Shown here: piece after piece, positions 36,064-46,007 of the stretch | How the letters are laid out: each line of letters begins with the position of its first letter | Position numbering within the stretch: the first letter of the stretch is position 1 | Virus record (IMG/VR): IMGVR_UViG_3300033547_000001 | Coordinates: 1 to 64,000 of that record | Source: a virus | Lineage: Duplodnaviria > Caudoviricetes | Reading direction: 5' to 3' (one strand) | DNA length: 64,000 bases | Notes under the pieces: generated by a model | Databases searched by the model: none | Told to the model about the DNA's origin: nothing | The model's input: the letters and a program-made list of their open reading frames with translations, nothing else | Program-made: the position numbers and the translations under genes

Positions 36064-36495
36064 TCACGACGGCTGCGAGAACACGCGCGCCCACACTATT
36101 CCGAATTTGCGCGGCTGCAGGATCTTCTTCACGTTCGGCGCGGGCGAGTATTCCTTCAGGAACCCGTTGCTCCATGTCCACTTCGTACCGAGGCTCTTGA
36201 GCAGCATGTTGCCGTTCGCCGCGAACGTGTCTTGCTGCGAATCCTGCGCCTGCTTCCACGTATCGAACATGAAGCACGATGGCGAGTTGGCCTGCAGCGT
36301 GTAGACATACTTCACGGCGTTGAAGACGTAGCCGGCGCTGAGGTGTCCGTCGACGCCCATCAACTCCTCGCACAACGTCAGTGTATCGACGTCAGCGACG
36401 TCGTCCACGGAGAACTGCTGGAGCTGCTGCGGCTGGTTGAACACGCCCGGGATCGTGAGCGTGATGACTGCGTTGACCGCGGTGATCGTTGTCAT
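36064..36495 (-). CDS. Tail tube protein
   Basis: ITAVNAVITL, QLQQFSVDD, MGVDGHLSAG, LQANSPS; follows sheath. Confidence 0.8.
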   Translation of the reverse strand: MTTITAVNAVITLTIPGVFNQPQQLQQFSVDDVADVDTLTLCEELMGVDGHLSAGYVFNAVKYVYTLQANSPSCFMFDTWKQAQDSQQDTFAANGNMLLKSLGTKWTWSNGFLKEYSPAPNVKKILQPRKFGIVWARVFSQPS

Positions 36496-36536
36496 GGTGA
36501 GGTTGCCTTTTTGCGGGAATATTTTTCAGAAATATT

Positions 36537-38330
36537 TCAGATGAGCGTCACGACGCCGAGGTTGATGCTCTGCACCGACCCGCCGTCCGCATAATAGTAG
36601 GTGACCTGGCGCGGTCCGCGGCTCGCCCTCAGCGTGGGCGTAGCCGGGACGATCAGCAGGTACCAGCCCTGAGAGCTGATCGTGGGGGCGATGTTCTTGC
36701 CGGCAGCCGCATTGACCGCAGCGATCTGGTTCGCCGCAAGAACCGTGCCGGGAACCACGGCTCCGAAGTTTATGGCCGCCGTGATCGGGTCTGCGAGCGA
36801 TGCCTCGATCAGGGCATCACCTGAGGCCACAAATGGGATCGAATTGACGTTCGCCTGCAGGTTCATGAGCGCCGTCTGCAGCGCGCTCGTGAGCCATACT
36901 TCGTTTGCGAAGGTGTCGAGCCAGAGGTACGGCCCGGTGATCATGCCTCTCTGGAAGTCCTGGAAGCCCTGATTGGCCGTCGCGATCGCCGCGTAATAGT
37001 TGTAGCTGTTGCCGCGATCGCCGAGAACCTGCGGGTTGCCGCCGAGGTTGATGGCGGTCTGGTTGTCCATCGCCGTCGGCACCATGCCGGCCTGCGATTT
37101 GTAGGCGAACGACACACGGCCACCCAGCGCGGTGAAATTAATCGACGCGACGAAGCCGCAGGCCATGGGCCCGATATTGGTGCCGAGTGCGTTGAGGCTG
37201 GTCGGGTCGTAGAGCAGGCACGTCCCCGAGTAATTCGCCTGTGTCACCGCGTAACCGAAGCTGGAAGTCGCCGGCACCGCTCCGGCGCCGAGCGCCGCCG
37301 GGTCGGGCGCCATATAGATGAACCTGGCTCCGTTGTTCTGCGAGTTCGCCCACGCTGCGAAGGCGAGTTTCTGGGTGAAGCCTGACCCGTTGTCCGGGTC
37401 GAAGGTGGTGGTGAACGATGCCCAGTTGTTGGTGAGCGTGCGCACCGAGTTCATGAACGTCGCCGGCACGGCCGCTGCCGATCCCTGCGATATGACTGCG
37501 CCGGTCGCCTGGGTGAGCAGAAGCGAAGTGGCCATCGCCCCCGATCCGAAGGTGATCGCGGAGTTGACCCCGGTGGTGCCCGAATTGACGACGAACCCGC
37601 CGGACACACTGTCGAAATAGACCGCGGGGAGAAGCGAAGTCAGTGTCGTGGGCGACCCGATGGTCGACGACTGCGTGAGGTTGTACGTCCCCACGCCGCC
37701 GGTGCCGGTGCCGAATGACGCGACGAACGTGCTGGCCGTGACGCCGGCGCCGGTGATCTTGTCGCCCACGGCGATTGGCGTTCCGCCGGTCAGCACCGCG
37801 GACACGGTCATCACGGTCGTGGCTACCGTCGCGGTGACGGTCCCCTGCGAGGCGCCGGATATTGCGAGATCGGTCTCGATCAGCTGCGCGGCACTCGTGA
37901 ACGACGTGGCGCTGCTGAGGTTCACCGACGCGGTCGCGAGCACCGAGTCGATCGTGACGCTCAGGGTCCCGCTGAGGGCTTGGAGCTGCGTCAGGGTGAG
38001 GGCGGAAATGTTGCCGCCCCTGAGGTAGGCCGAGACTGCGCTGAGGGGATACTGCACAACGAGCATAGCTGCCGGTTTGAGCGTCGACGAATCGAAGCCT
38101 CCGAAGTACCCGGTACCGAACCCCACGCCCCCTCCCGCCACGCGCGCCATCACCGAGGTCGGGCCGAAGTAGCTGTTGACCGCAGTGGTTCCCCCGAACG
38201 ACAGCGCGGTGCCGATCGGCACCCGCGTATCGGTGGTCAGTATGAGGCCGTTGAGGTTGATCGCCGAGCCGCCCGCGGCGAGGACGCCCGGGTTCGTTGC
38301 GACGAATAGGTCGGCGCTAATCGTGGTCAT
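36537..38330 (-). CDS. Tail sheath protein, DUF3383-like, with inserted module
   Basis: PGVLAAGG...LNGLILT, YFGPTS, YYADGGSVQSI. Confidence 0.85.
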   Translation of the reverse strand: MTTISADLFVATNPGVLAAGGSAINLNGLILTTDTRVPIGTALSFGGTTAVNSYFGPTSVMARVAGGGVGFGTGYFGGFDSSTLKPAAMLVVQYPLSAVSAYLRGGNISALTLTQLQALSGTLSVTIDSVLATASVNLSSATSFTSAAQLIETDLAISGASQGTVTATVATTVMTVSAVLTGGTPIAVGDKITGAGVTASTFVASFGTGTGGVGTYNLTQSSTIGSPTTLTSLLPAVYFDSVSGGFVVNSGTTGVNSAITFGSGAMATSLLLTQATGAVISQGSAAAVPATFMNSVRTLTNNWASFTTTFDPDNGSGFTQKLAFAAWANSQNNGARFIYMAPDPAALGAGAVPATSSFGYAVTQANYSGTCLLYDPTSLNALGTNIGPMACGFVASINFTALGGRVSFAYKSQAGMVPTAMDNQTAINLGGNPQVLGDRGNSYNYYAAIATANQGFQDFQRGMITGPYLWLDTFANEVWLTSALQTALMNLQANVNSIPFVASGDALIEASLADPITAAINFGAVVPGTVLAANQIAAVNAAAGKNIAPTISSQGWYLLIVPATPTLRASRGPRQVTYYYADGGSVQSINLGVVTLI

Positions 38331-38344
38331 GGGCTTTGCGTCCT

Positions 38345-39076
38345 TCAGTGCGGAGGTTGCGTGACGTCGACGTTCGCCACCGTGAGCACGATCCCGTCGG
38401 CGAACTGCATGGGTATGGAGACGATCAGATTGACCTGCATGTGCAGGTCGACCGTCCACCGCGTCTCGTATTCCTTGGCCGCGGTAATGAATGGCACCTG
38501 CCGAGGGTCATCTGCATAGAACGGCGACACGCCGAGCGGCTCAAGCTGATCAGCAGCATAGCCGTCCCGGAAGAGGGCGTTCAGGATCGAGGCGTTCTCG
38601 GCCGAGTTAGGCCCGTGCACGTCGACCTGCATCACGACCTCGACGTCCTCCTCGACCTGGATTGTTCCGGCCGCCATGGTCTGTGGCGCGCCGATCGACT
38701 GGGACGGACTGATGGTGTAGGTCCCGATCCCTCCCGTTCCCGTGCCAGGTGGCGCGACTACCACGGTGTTAACGGCCACACCTACGCCGAAGATGATGCT
38801 GCCGATCGAGATTGGCGCGTTGAGGTTCGGGTTGGGATCGAGGGCAGACACCGTCATCAGCGTCCCAGCGATCGCTGCGGTGAACTTCGAGTCCGCCGGC
38901 GTCTCGAGGTTGGTCGACAGGCGCGGCCGCGACAGCGGCCACATCTCGGCGAAGTCGCCAAGGAACGATGGGACGCGGTTGACCTGGCCGACTACTGCCG
39001 GGATGCCGGTGATCAATGTTATGAAGTCGCCGACCGCAGAGTTGATCTGCGCCTGCGTGATCGAGATGGATGACAT
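38345..39076 (-). CDS. Neck/tail terminator protein with inserted module
   Basis: VVGQVNRVP, MQVDVHGP, PFYADDPRQ, YETRWTV.LH.Q.N. Confidence 0.7.
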   Translation of the reverse strand: MSSISITQAQINSAVGDFITLITGIPAVVGQVNRVPSFLGDFAEMWPLSRPRLSTNLETPADSKFTAAIAGTLMTVSALDPNPNLNAPISIGSIIFGVGVAVNTVVVAPPGTGTGGIGTYTISPSQSIGAPQTMAAGTIQVEEDVEVVMQVDVHGPNSAENASILNALFRDGYAADQLEPLGVSPFYADDPRQVPFITAAKEYETRWTVDLHMQVNLIVSIPMQFADGIVLTVANVDVTQPPH

Positions 39077-39129
39077 CTATTTCCCTAGCGGCCTCGGATA
39101 TCCCGAACCATGTGGTACGGGCTGGAATG

Positions 39130-41244
39130 TCATGGGCTCAACGCATTCGCCGCAATAAGTGCGTTTACGATCGCGGTGCCGCCGGGTGCGTTCGTCGCGG
39201 TGCACGACTGGAGTTGGCAATAAATGTGAGCACCGTCATGAGTATAACCGACGGCATCCCCAGATTTCCACAGATTGATATTAGGGATCGTAGTGTTTTC
39301 TACCTCTGTTCCGACCTCGGCAAAGCTAGTTTGGTTGAGGATAGTCCCCGCGCGAATGATCGTGTTCAAGGCTGCAACTTGTCCGCTTGAGTTATCGGTC
39401 TGATTGATGTCGCTCGGCGGTGTCGACGTTAACGTAACTTGTGGCACCATGGTCGACTGGATGACGGTTGCTATCCGACCTCCAGTGCCACGAACGTAAT
39501 TGCCGTTGGTTAATCCGATGTTGGTTGCGGCAACGGTCGATGATCCACCCGTGTTGACGTCGTTGTCACCGAGTTGATTCCAAAACACATTAATATTTCC
39601 ACTGTTAGCAAAGTTGATACGATCAACTATATTGACGGTGGTTTCAGTAGTCGCAGCTGCGAGGCCCGTGCGTCCCTGATGCAAGTACCCCCCGATCGTG
39701 CTCGGAGTAGTTCTGTTGCTCATCACGGTGTCGAGATAACCGGCCATGTAGCCGATGCCACCGCCGCTTCCGTTGCCATCCACCAATTGGATGTAGCCGC
39801 CAACACCTTGGCCGTTACTGTCAGTCATAAGGGCGATGGACCGCTGTGTGTTTGGAACTTCGCAGATCAAGTTGCCGCTGACCATGAACGACATATTGGT
39901 GGTAATGGTCCCGCCTCCGGTGGCGTCCGACAAACCGTTCCCCTGCTGCGCCAGATCGCCAATCGCCGAATTTGGAGCGTAATCGGTCAGATATACCAGA
40001 CCGCCGTTATTGATCGTGATGAAGCTCCTAATCCACACTTGGCCGGCCGGAATCGTGACACCGCTAGCAATGTCCGTCGCGTCGAACAGATCGCCGGCAT
40101 TAACCGTCATCGTGTTCACGCCGCTCGCAGTGAGATTGACGAATGTCCCAGGTCCGTATTCGATTTGCGTGTGAACGGTGTAAGGATTGGCAAAATTAGC
40201 ATCGCCGATCGAATAGCCCCAACCGGTATAAACAACACTTGGATTCGCGCATGGATGATTGAGGTACGTCATGCGCCGCGTGTTGAACGTGTTCGCGGTG
40301 GCAAACGCGACCGTTGTATTGATCGTCGGGAGATCGTTTCTTGATCCGGCTATTTGGCGGATCGTCGGATAATCAGACGTAATCCCGCTGCGGTAAGCCA
40401 CAATGGCATTGTAGATGGCGAGATGCTGCGCTGCGGTCAAATGCCCGCAAATAAAACCAAATGCAATGCCGCCGAAAGACCATTCCTGAGATCCGTTGGC
40501 TCTGGCCAGGAAATTGATTGCCGCATTGGCCAATGCCGTCGAGGTGGACGTGGTTGTTGCCCCGGCCACTCCCTGCGCGTAAGTCGTGAATCCGGTGGAT
40601 AATGACCGGTCGAGAGCAAGCAATCCTGCACCGCTGCTCGTGCTCACGCCGGCTGACTGCGTCGTCGAATTCAGTGCGCCAGTCTGCACATTTCCGACCG
40701 TGTCGTTGGGTCGTATTTCGGCATAAGCATTGGTGGCATACCCCATGGCCGCACCATGGATGGCCGCTGCCGTGATCGACCATTCTGCGATCATCGCGCT
40801 GTTTTGCGTGTAATTGAGTCCAGAGGCGGTCGATGGATTGAGATTCGAACTGATTGATGTTCCGCCCGCAGGATCTCCCGTTATGCCGAGATCGGCGCTG
40901 AATATCGCCGGACCTGTTATGGTAGCCCCGTAGCTCGCCTGGATCAGATTGGTCAGCGCGGTCACCTGGTCGCGCGCCTGGAACGCATAGACCGCATCGC
41001 ACTGCGAATAGATCCCGGCCGTATTCAGCGCCGCGAAGAATGTGTTGTATCTCGCCTTGCGGGCGGTGTTGGGCTGCGTTGCGAGGCGAGCGAAAAAGGC
41101 GGTTGCTTGTGGGTTATATACCGGTCCGGTGCTGGCAGCCTTGCCACCCATCCACAGCAGCCGATTGGCCGCCTCAACCGATCCGACGACCATCAGCGCG
41201 CATAGCGCCAGTACCACAGCAATGAAAGATCTGCGTCGCACCAC
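39130..41244 (-). CDS. Secreted-type multidomain protein: lectin-like N-terminal region plus SGNH-type hydrolase
   Basis: GTG start after GAGGGG; VRRRSFIAVVLALCALMVVGSVEA|A; later MTDS, QLGDND, HDGAH motifs; lower GC. Confidence 0.65.
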   Translation of the reverse strand: MVRRRSFIAVVLALCALMVVGSVEAANRLLWMGGKAASTGPVYNPQATAFFARLATQPNTARKARYNTFFAALNTAGIYSQCDAVYAFQARDQVTALTNLIQASYGATITGPAIFSADLGITGDPAGGTSISSNLNPSTASGLNYTQNSAMIAEWSITAAAIHGAAMGYATNAYAEIRPNDTVGNVQTGALNSTTQSAGVSTSSGAGLLALDRSLSTGFTTYAQGVAGATTTSTSTALANAAINFLARANGSQEWSFGGIAFGFICGHLTAAQHLAIYNAIVAYRSGITSDYPTIRQIAGSRNDLPTINTTVAFATANTFNTRRMTYLNHPCANPSVVYTGWGYSIGDANFANPYTVHTQIEYGPGTFVNLTASGVNTMTVNAGDLFDATDIASGVTIPAGQVWIRSFITINNGGLVYLTDYAPNSAIGDLAQQGNGLSDATGGGTITTNMSFMVSGNLICEVPNTQRSIALMTDSNGQGVGGYIQLVDGNGSGGGIGYMAGYLDTVMSNRTTPSTIGGYLHQGRTGLAAATTETTVNIVDRINFANSGNINVFWNQLGDNDVNTGGSSTVAATNIGLTNGNYVRGTGGRIATVIQSTMVPQVTLTSTPPSDINQTDNSSGQVAALNTIIRAGTILNQTSFAEVGTEVENTTIPNINLWKSGDAVGYTHDGAHIYCQLQSCTATNAPGGTAIVNALIAANALSP

Positions 41245-41255
41245 TTCTGCGCCCC

Positions 41256-41843
41256 TCAATTGTTGATGATCGTTCGCAGAAAGTATGAATGCTTCTCGTT
41301 GGCGATCGGCGTGTAGGCGCCGATCTCCTCAAGCGCGAATATCGTCATCTGCGAGGCCTGGGATGGAGCCGGCAGTACGGTGCTCAGCATCAGGTTAGAT
41401 CCCGAGCACTCCGAGAAATATTGGGCCGTCCCGTCGTTGGTCACCTGCCACGCCGAGCACGTCAGGCTGCCGAGGTAGATGTTGGCCGCGAGGTCGGCCG
41501 CGTAAGGACCGACGTAGGCGCTGCCATCGACGAGGCTGGTCGTGGTGGGCTTCTGGGAATAGAGCCACAGCGTCGAAGTCCCCGGCTTGTTCGTCCCGTT
41601 CGAGTAGATCAACGCCTTGATCACCACGAGTTGGCCAGACTGGGTGCCGCCAAGGATGATCGGTGATGCTACCGCGCTGCCGCTGGTATTGGTCGCGAAA
41701 AGCTGGTTTCCCGTGTAGGGCGTCGCAGAGTTCGAGTGCGTGGTGCTGCCGGTCCCGTTATATGCGAGCTGCGCCGCAGAAGGCGCGACCGCACACAGCA
41801 CCGCAAATGCGGCGACGAGCGCCGAGGCGATGATCTTCCTCAT
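41256..41843 (-). CDS. Secreted beta-rich protein
   Basis: MRKIIASALVAAFAVLCAVAPSAA|QL. Confidence 0.7.
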   Translation of the reverse strand: MRKIIASALVAAFAVLCAVAPSAAQLAYNGTGSTTHSNSATPYTGNQLFATNTSGSAVASPIILGGTQSGQLVVIKALIYSNGTNKPGTSTLWLYSQKPTTTSLVDGSAYVGPYAADLAANIYLGSLTCSAWQVTNDGTAQYFSECSGSNLMLSTVLPAPSQASQMTIFALEEIGAYTPIANEKHSYFLRTIINN

Positions 41844-41902
41844 CTGGTCCATGCAAGCATCCAGTTCATTTTAACGGAAACGTTAAGGCGGCAACTTCCG
41901 CG

Positions 41903-42304
41903 CTACGGCAGGTCGTCGGTTAGGACCACGGCGACCTTGCACCAAGTGTTGGCGCCCCACTGCTCGAGCGACGCCAGGATCTTCCAGGTATTGCCCTCGG
42001 GCAGCGTGTTGGCGGCGAACACCACCAGGTCGCCGCCCGTCTGCTTCACGCGCAGGATCGCGTGCGCGGCTCCGTTCATGAAGATGACGCGTTCGGCGCC
42101 CTGGATGTTCAGCGCATCGAGCTGCCTGACGTCGCCGGTGGTCAGCGGCTGAACCTGGGCGATGATCGGCAGCGGCGCAGCATAGCTCGGGACCGGCACG
42201 TGGTTGACCATCGAGAACCCGGTGCTGACCAGAAGCGACGCCGGGAAGTTGGGGTTAACCCTCCGGGTCACGCTGTTGACGGCCGCGTTAAGGTTCAGTG
42301 GCAT
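41903..42304 (-). CDS. Head closure/head-tail joining protein
   Basis: LNLNAAV...VNPN, AQVQPL, DLVVF, LEQW..WCKVAV. Confidence 0.7.
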   Translation of the reverse strand: MPLNLNAAVNSVTRRVNPNFPASLLVSTGFSMVNHVPVPSYAAPLPIIAQVQPLTTGDVRQLDALNIQGAERVIFMNGAAHAILRVKQTGGDLVVFAANTLPEGNTWKILASLEQWGANTWCKVAVVLTDDLP

Positions 42305-42726
42305 CAGCGGTAGAACCTCCTGGCCCGCCGCTCGGCAACGCGCTCGGCGCGCAGTACGCGCAGATCACGGGTCGTCCCCTGGCGCGGGATGATCGGCTTG
42401 ACGCCGAGCAGCGCGTCAGCCTCGTCGCGGTCCTTCCGGATCGTCTTGGCGCTCTCAATCAGAATGCCGCGCGCCAAACTCTTGTCCAACTCCGGATTCA
42501 GCGGGTCGAAGTTGATGAAGGGCCTGATCTGTTCGGGGTACTTCTTGCGCTCGGCTTCCTCGGCCGACCTGAGGTCGGTCAGCACGGCCAGCGCCGACCA
42601 GCGGACCGGAGACTCATAGATGGCGAGGCGAACCAGCGGACCGAGCTGCTCAAGAGCCGCCATCTCGTCGTCCACCGTCCCGATCGCTGCTCGGACGACG
42701 TGTCCCCCGTCATTGGTGCTTCGCAT
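42304..42726 (-). CDS. Hypothetical protein
   Basis: TGATG-coupled in late operon. Confidence 0.6.
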   Translation of the reverse strand: MRSTNDGGHVVRAAIGTVDDEMAALEQLGPLVRLAIYESPVRWSALAVLTDLRSAEEAERKKYPEQIRPFINFDPLNPELDKSLARGILIESAKTIRKDRDEADALLGVKPIIPRQGTTRDLRVLRAERVAERRARRFYR

Positions 42727-42781
42727 GGCTGTATGGCCCTCCTGCTGGCGCGCGTCATAGCATCGCGCGCCGCATGGGTCA

Positions 42782-43582
42782 TCAATTCATCGCGTTGATT
42801 CCGAGGAAGTTCAAGACGATGTTGGCCGTCGCCGCTGCGTTGCCAGTGACCGCGATCAGGATCGCAGCGTTTTCCGGAGCGGTTAGGAGCGACGGCGCCG
42901 TCAGCGCGCCGACCACCGAACCGGACTGAGCCACTTCATGGAGCGCGATCTGGGTGTTCGATGCAGCAGCGCCGTACTTGAAGACATTCGCGGCGAGCTG
43001 CCAACCTCCCAGAGAGTTCGCGGTGCTGTCGGTGAACGAGGCGATCGCCGTCCCGCCCGTGACCGTCGACCCGACGACGGCGGTCGTCGCGCCCCAGATC
43101 AGCTTCACCAATTTCGCCGTGGCAGCGTTCGTCATCGAACCCATGGCGGCGATGTTGATCCCACGCCCAAGGACATCAAAAGAACTGAGCTGCAGGGAGA
43201 AGACGGCCAGCACGCTGTCGACGCCGGTAGCGCCCGGGTTGATGCCGGCCGAGCTGACCTGTCGGTTGATGTTGCCCTCTGCCGCCATCAGGGCAGCGCC
43301 GAGGCCGAACTGCGTCACCTCGGTGGATGGGTTCGTCCCGCCCCCGGCGTAGTTCGCTCCGCTGAACACCCACGCCGCCGCGCCGGCCGCGTTCGAGACG
43401 CATTCCCATTCCCGCTTGAAGCCGGCCGCATTGTTGAACCAGATCGCGCCGACCGCGATTCCCTGCGTGATGTCGTCGGTCACAAGCGGATCTCGCGTCG
43501 CTACCAGAGTCGTACCGACCCCGCCGACCAGGAACGGAACCTTGACGTCGCCGATGCGGGTATCCCATAGCGTGTTGGCCAT
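42782..43582 (-). CDS. Structural protein, fibre/decoration-like
   Basis: DPLVTDD.TQG.AVGAIW.N...WECV.NAAGAAAW motif; Ala/Gly/Thr-rich body. Confidence 0.6.
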   Translation of the reverse strand: MANTLWDTRIGDVKVPFLVGGVGTTLVATRDPLVTDDITQGIAVGAIWFNNAAGFKREWECVSNAAGAAAWVFSGANYAGGGTNPSTEVTQFGLGAALMAAEGNINRQVSSAGINPGATGVDSVLAVFSLQLSSFDVLGRGINIAAMGSMTNAATAKLVKLIWGATTAVVGSTVTGGTAIASFTDSTANSLGGWQLAANVFKYGAAASNTQIALHEVAQSGSVVGALTAPSLLTAPENAAILIAVTGNAAATANIVLNFLGINAMN

Positions 43583-43608
43583 CTCGTAGAACTCCTTGTC
43601 CGGGGGGG

Positions 43609-44175
43609 TTAAACTCTCGGCGGAAGCGTGGTCTTGCCGCCGTCGATCTCATAGCCGACGCTGTTCACCAGATGGCCGCTCTCGATCAACACCTTGTCCG
43701 ACGCGCCATAGTTGGTTTTGCCGGCCGCCACTCGCGCGCGCGCCTCTTCGACCGTCTTGCGGGTCACGACGAGGGACTGGTCGTGCGACTTCATCCCTCG
43801 AAGCATCACGGTGACCGGACTCAAGGCCGGGGCATTAGTGTCGATGATCGATTCCTGCAGCTGCCCACCGATGCCATTGCCGAGGCGGTTCAGCGTGCGC
43901 GGGATGTCGTAGTTCGTCTCGCGGAGCTGCGTCGCGATCGCCGCCGGCCACCCCGGGCTCTTGGCCGAGATCATCGTGCGGAAGTACGGCCGCGGCGGGA
44001 TGCCGACACGTGGCGCGCCAAACTCCTGGATGGCCGCCACCATCGGCACGCTGGTCCCATCCGGATAGGTCGCGTTCTCCAGGAACCCGACCCGGACGGT
44101 GCCCGGTTGCGATAGCTTGGCCGCCATCTTGGTGAGTACCGCCCGAAAGGTATAGCCGCCGCTCATCTTGGCCAT
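43609..44175 (-). CDS. Neck/tail completion protein
   Basis: VRVGFLE...VAAIQEFG...IPPRPYFR...LIESGHL. Confidence 0.8.
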   Translation of the reverse strand: MAKMSGGYTFRAVLTKMAAKLSQPGTVRVGFLENATYPDGTSVPMVAAIQEFGAPRVGIPPRPYFRTMISAKSPGWPAAIATQLRETNYDIPRTLNRLGNGIGGQLQESIIDTNAPALSPVTVMLRGMKSHDQSLVVTRKTVEEARARVAAGKTNYGASDKVLIESGHLVNSVGYEIDGGKTTLPPRV

Positions 44176-44181
44176 ATGGTC

Positions 44182-44607
44182 TCAGGCCGTCTGCGCGCCC
44201 TGGTGGTCGACCGCATTCCCCGGCCCCACTTCCGGGGCCCGTTCCTCGACATGCTCACCAGCGGCCACCGCTGCCTCACGGTTGGCCTTCCTGGCCTCTT
44301 CGGCCGCGATCTGGCTCTGGACCCACGCGAAGGTCGGCTGAAACGCAGTGACGATCTGGTTGAACTCGGCCACGACGCCCTGGGCGTCCATGACGGCTTT
44401 GCGGATCAGCGGCAGCGTCTGCTCGACCTCGGCCTTGAAAGCGAGGAGATCGCGGAAAACGTCCGGCTGATCCGCGGCGGCCGCGCTGGTGCTGGTTTCG
44501 TCCATCTTCGCCTCGCCGTCGGCAGCGGGAGAGAAGTCTTTGAAGACGAACTGCTCAAGGGCCGTGATCCGATTGTGGTATTTCTTTACGACTGCATCGA
44601 GGTCCAT
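44182..44607 (-). CDS. Hypothetical coiled-coil protein
   Basis: ORF in late operon. Confidence 0.6.
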   Translation of the reverse strand: MDLDAVVKKYHNRITALEQFVFKDFSPAADGEAKMDETSTSAAAADQPDVFRDLLAFKAEVEQTLPLIRKAVMDAQGVVAEFNQIVTAFQPTFAWVQSQIAAEEARKANREAAVAAGEHVEERAPEVGPGNAVDHQGAQTA

Positions 44608-44611
44608 CGCT

Positions 44612-44911
44612 TCAGTTCCCTTCCGTCTCGGGAGGCGATTCCTCGTCCTCCGCGGTTATGCCGAGGTTCTCGGCGAGTTGCTTGTTCTGTCCGACCCACA
44701 TGGCGAAGAACGCCTTGTCGATGCCGGGGTTGTGGCCGGCCCGGAGCTCGACCGCGTCTGGCATGTCCTTCGAGGAGGCTGACCGCAGGCGGCCTTGGAA
44801 AGCGCGGCCGCCGCCATCATCGGGCACGACCATGTGAAGGTGGAGCATCAGGGACCTCGCGGCCCCGTTGTAGACGTTGACTTTCGCCCGCTTCTCTTCA
44901 GCCATGGTCAA
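44612..44911 (-). CDS. Hypothetical virion-morphogenesis protein (possible paralogue of 45365..45931)
   Basis: GGAGG RBS; GIDKAFFAMWVGQN motif. Confidence 0.65.
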   Translation of the reverse strand: MTMAEEKRAKVNVYNGAARSLMLHLHMVVPDDGGGRAFQGRLRSASSKDMPDAVELRAGHNPGIDKAFFAMWVGQNKQLAENLGITAEDEESPPETEGN

Positions 44912-45363
44912 AACCTCCTGAACGATCCGAAGCCAGTGCCGATGCCATTGCCGAAGCGCGACCTGCTGCGAACATATTTCGGAAACGACCGGTAGGCCGC
45001 CGTAGCCTGCCAGAAGGCCGCGCCGTAGGGCGTCTGGTCAAACCACTGGCTGTTGTTCGTCGACGCATATTCGAGCGCCAGCGTGACCGAACCCTGCGTC
45101 GCGCTGCTGGCGCGACCTACAAGGCCATTGGGATCGTTGCCATCGGGCCCGCTGAACAGTTGGCAGAGGTGCGCCGTCAGCATGTACATAAGCTGCGTTT
45201 GCAGCCCGACGTCCTTGACGCGCCCGGTTCCGTCATTGCGCAGCCACACCTCGCCGGCGAGCGCGAAGTACGCCTGCACGGTGGCGTCCGGAGGCGCGGT
45301 GGCGAACGCCGCATACGCCGTCCGGAAGTCCGCCAGAACAAGCGTCGCAGTCGCGCCGCCCAT
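44908..45363 (-). CDS. Head-tail adaptor, DUF4054-like
   Basis: YMLTAHL, GRASSATQGSV, WFDQTPYGAAFW. Confidence 0.8.
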   Translation of the reverse strand: MGGATATLVLADFRTAYAAFATAPPDATVQAYFALAGEVWLRNDGTGRVKDVGLQTQLMYMLTAHLCQLFSGPDGNDPNGLVGRASSATQGSVTLALEYASTNNSQWFDQTPYGAAFWQATAAYRSFPKYVRSRSRFGNGIGTGFGSFRRF

Positions 45364-45364
45364 C

Positions 45365-45931
45365 CTACGCGACCCTATCCTTCGACCGGTCGGTGTCCGG
45401 CTCGATGTCGGTCAGGTTCATGTGGTTCGGCTGCTCGGCCCGCACATCGCCATCCGGGTTCATCGGCTCGAGGCCGCACATCACCTTCTCGTGCTCGCGC
45501 GCCCGCGCGGCGGCGCTGGCCTGGTCGCTGTAGGCGAATATGAGCCCCTCGACCAACGGGGTAAACTGGCTGTTCTGGTCTTTCCACTTTTCCCAGAAAC
45601 GTCGGTCGACCTCGGTCAGCCCGAAGTCCCCGATGATCGAATAGTTTGGCACCTTGCCGAACGGCACGGCGTAACCCTTGAGGCGCACCTGGCCACCCAC
45701 CCGCATGTGCTGCTTCACCATGCGGATGCCGCCGCCGAGAACCTTCTGTTCGGTTTCAATGCTCTCGGTCAACTGCATCACGATCCCCTTTGGCAGTTTG
45801 CACGCGACCCACACGGTCGATGACGTTTCCTTCGGGGTGTGCACCGCCGGCGAGGCCGGGTCGGTGGTGTGGTCGAGGTCGGCCGATACTTTCGCCGCGG
45901 CCCGGCGTGACTTGGCTACTTTGGTGGTCAT
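45365..45931 (-). CDS. Conserved protein downstream of capsid gene
   Basis: VWVACKLPKGI, GLTEVDRRFWEKW. Confidence 0.7.
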   Translation of the reverse strand: MTTKVAKSRRAAAKVSADLDHTTDPASPAVHTPKETSSTVWVACKLPKGIVMQLTESIETEQKVLGGGIRMVKQHMRVGGQVRLKGYAVPFGKVPNYSIIGDFGLTEVDRRFWEKWKDQNSQFTPLVEGLIFAYSDQASAAARAREHEKVMCGLEPMNPDGDVRAEQPNHMNLTDIEPDTDRSKDRVA

Positions 45932-46007
45932 GGTGGTCCTGTCGTTTTGGGGTTGGCGCTGCGTGGTCTTACGCCCACCCGCAGCTTTTGGCGATGGCCT
46001 TGTCGGT

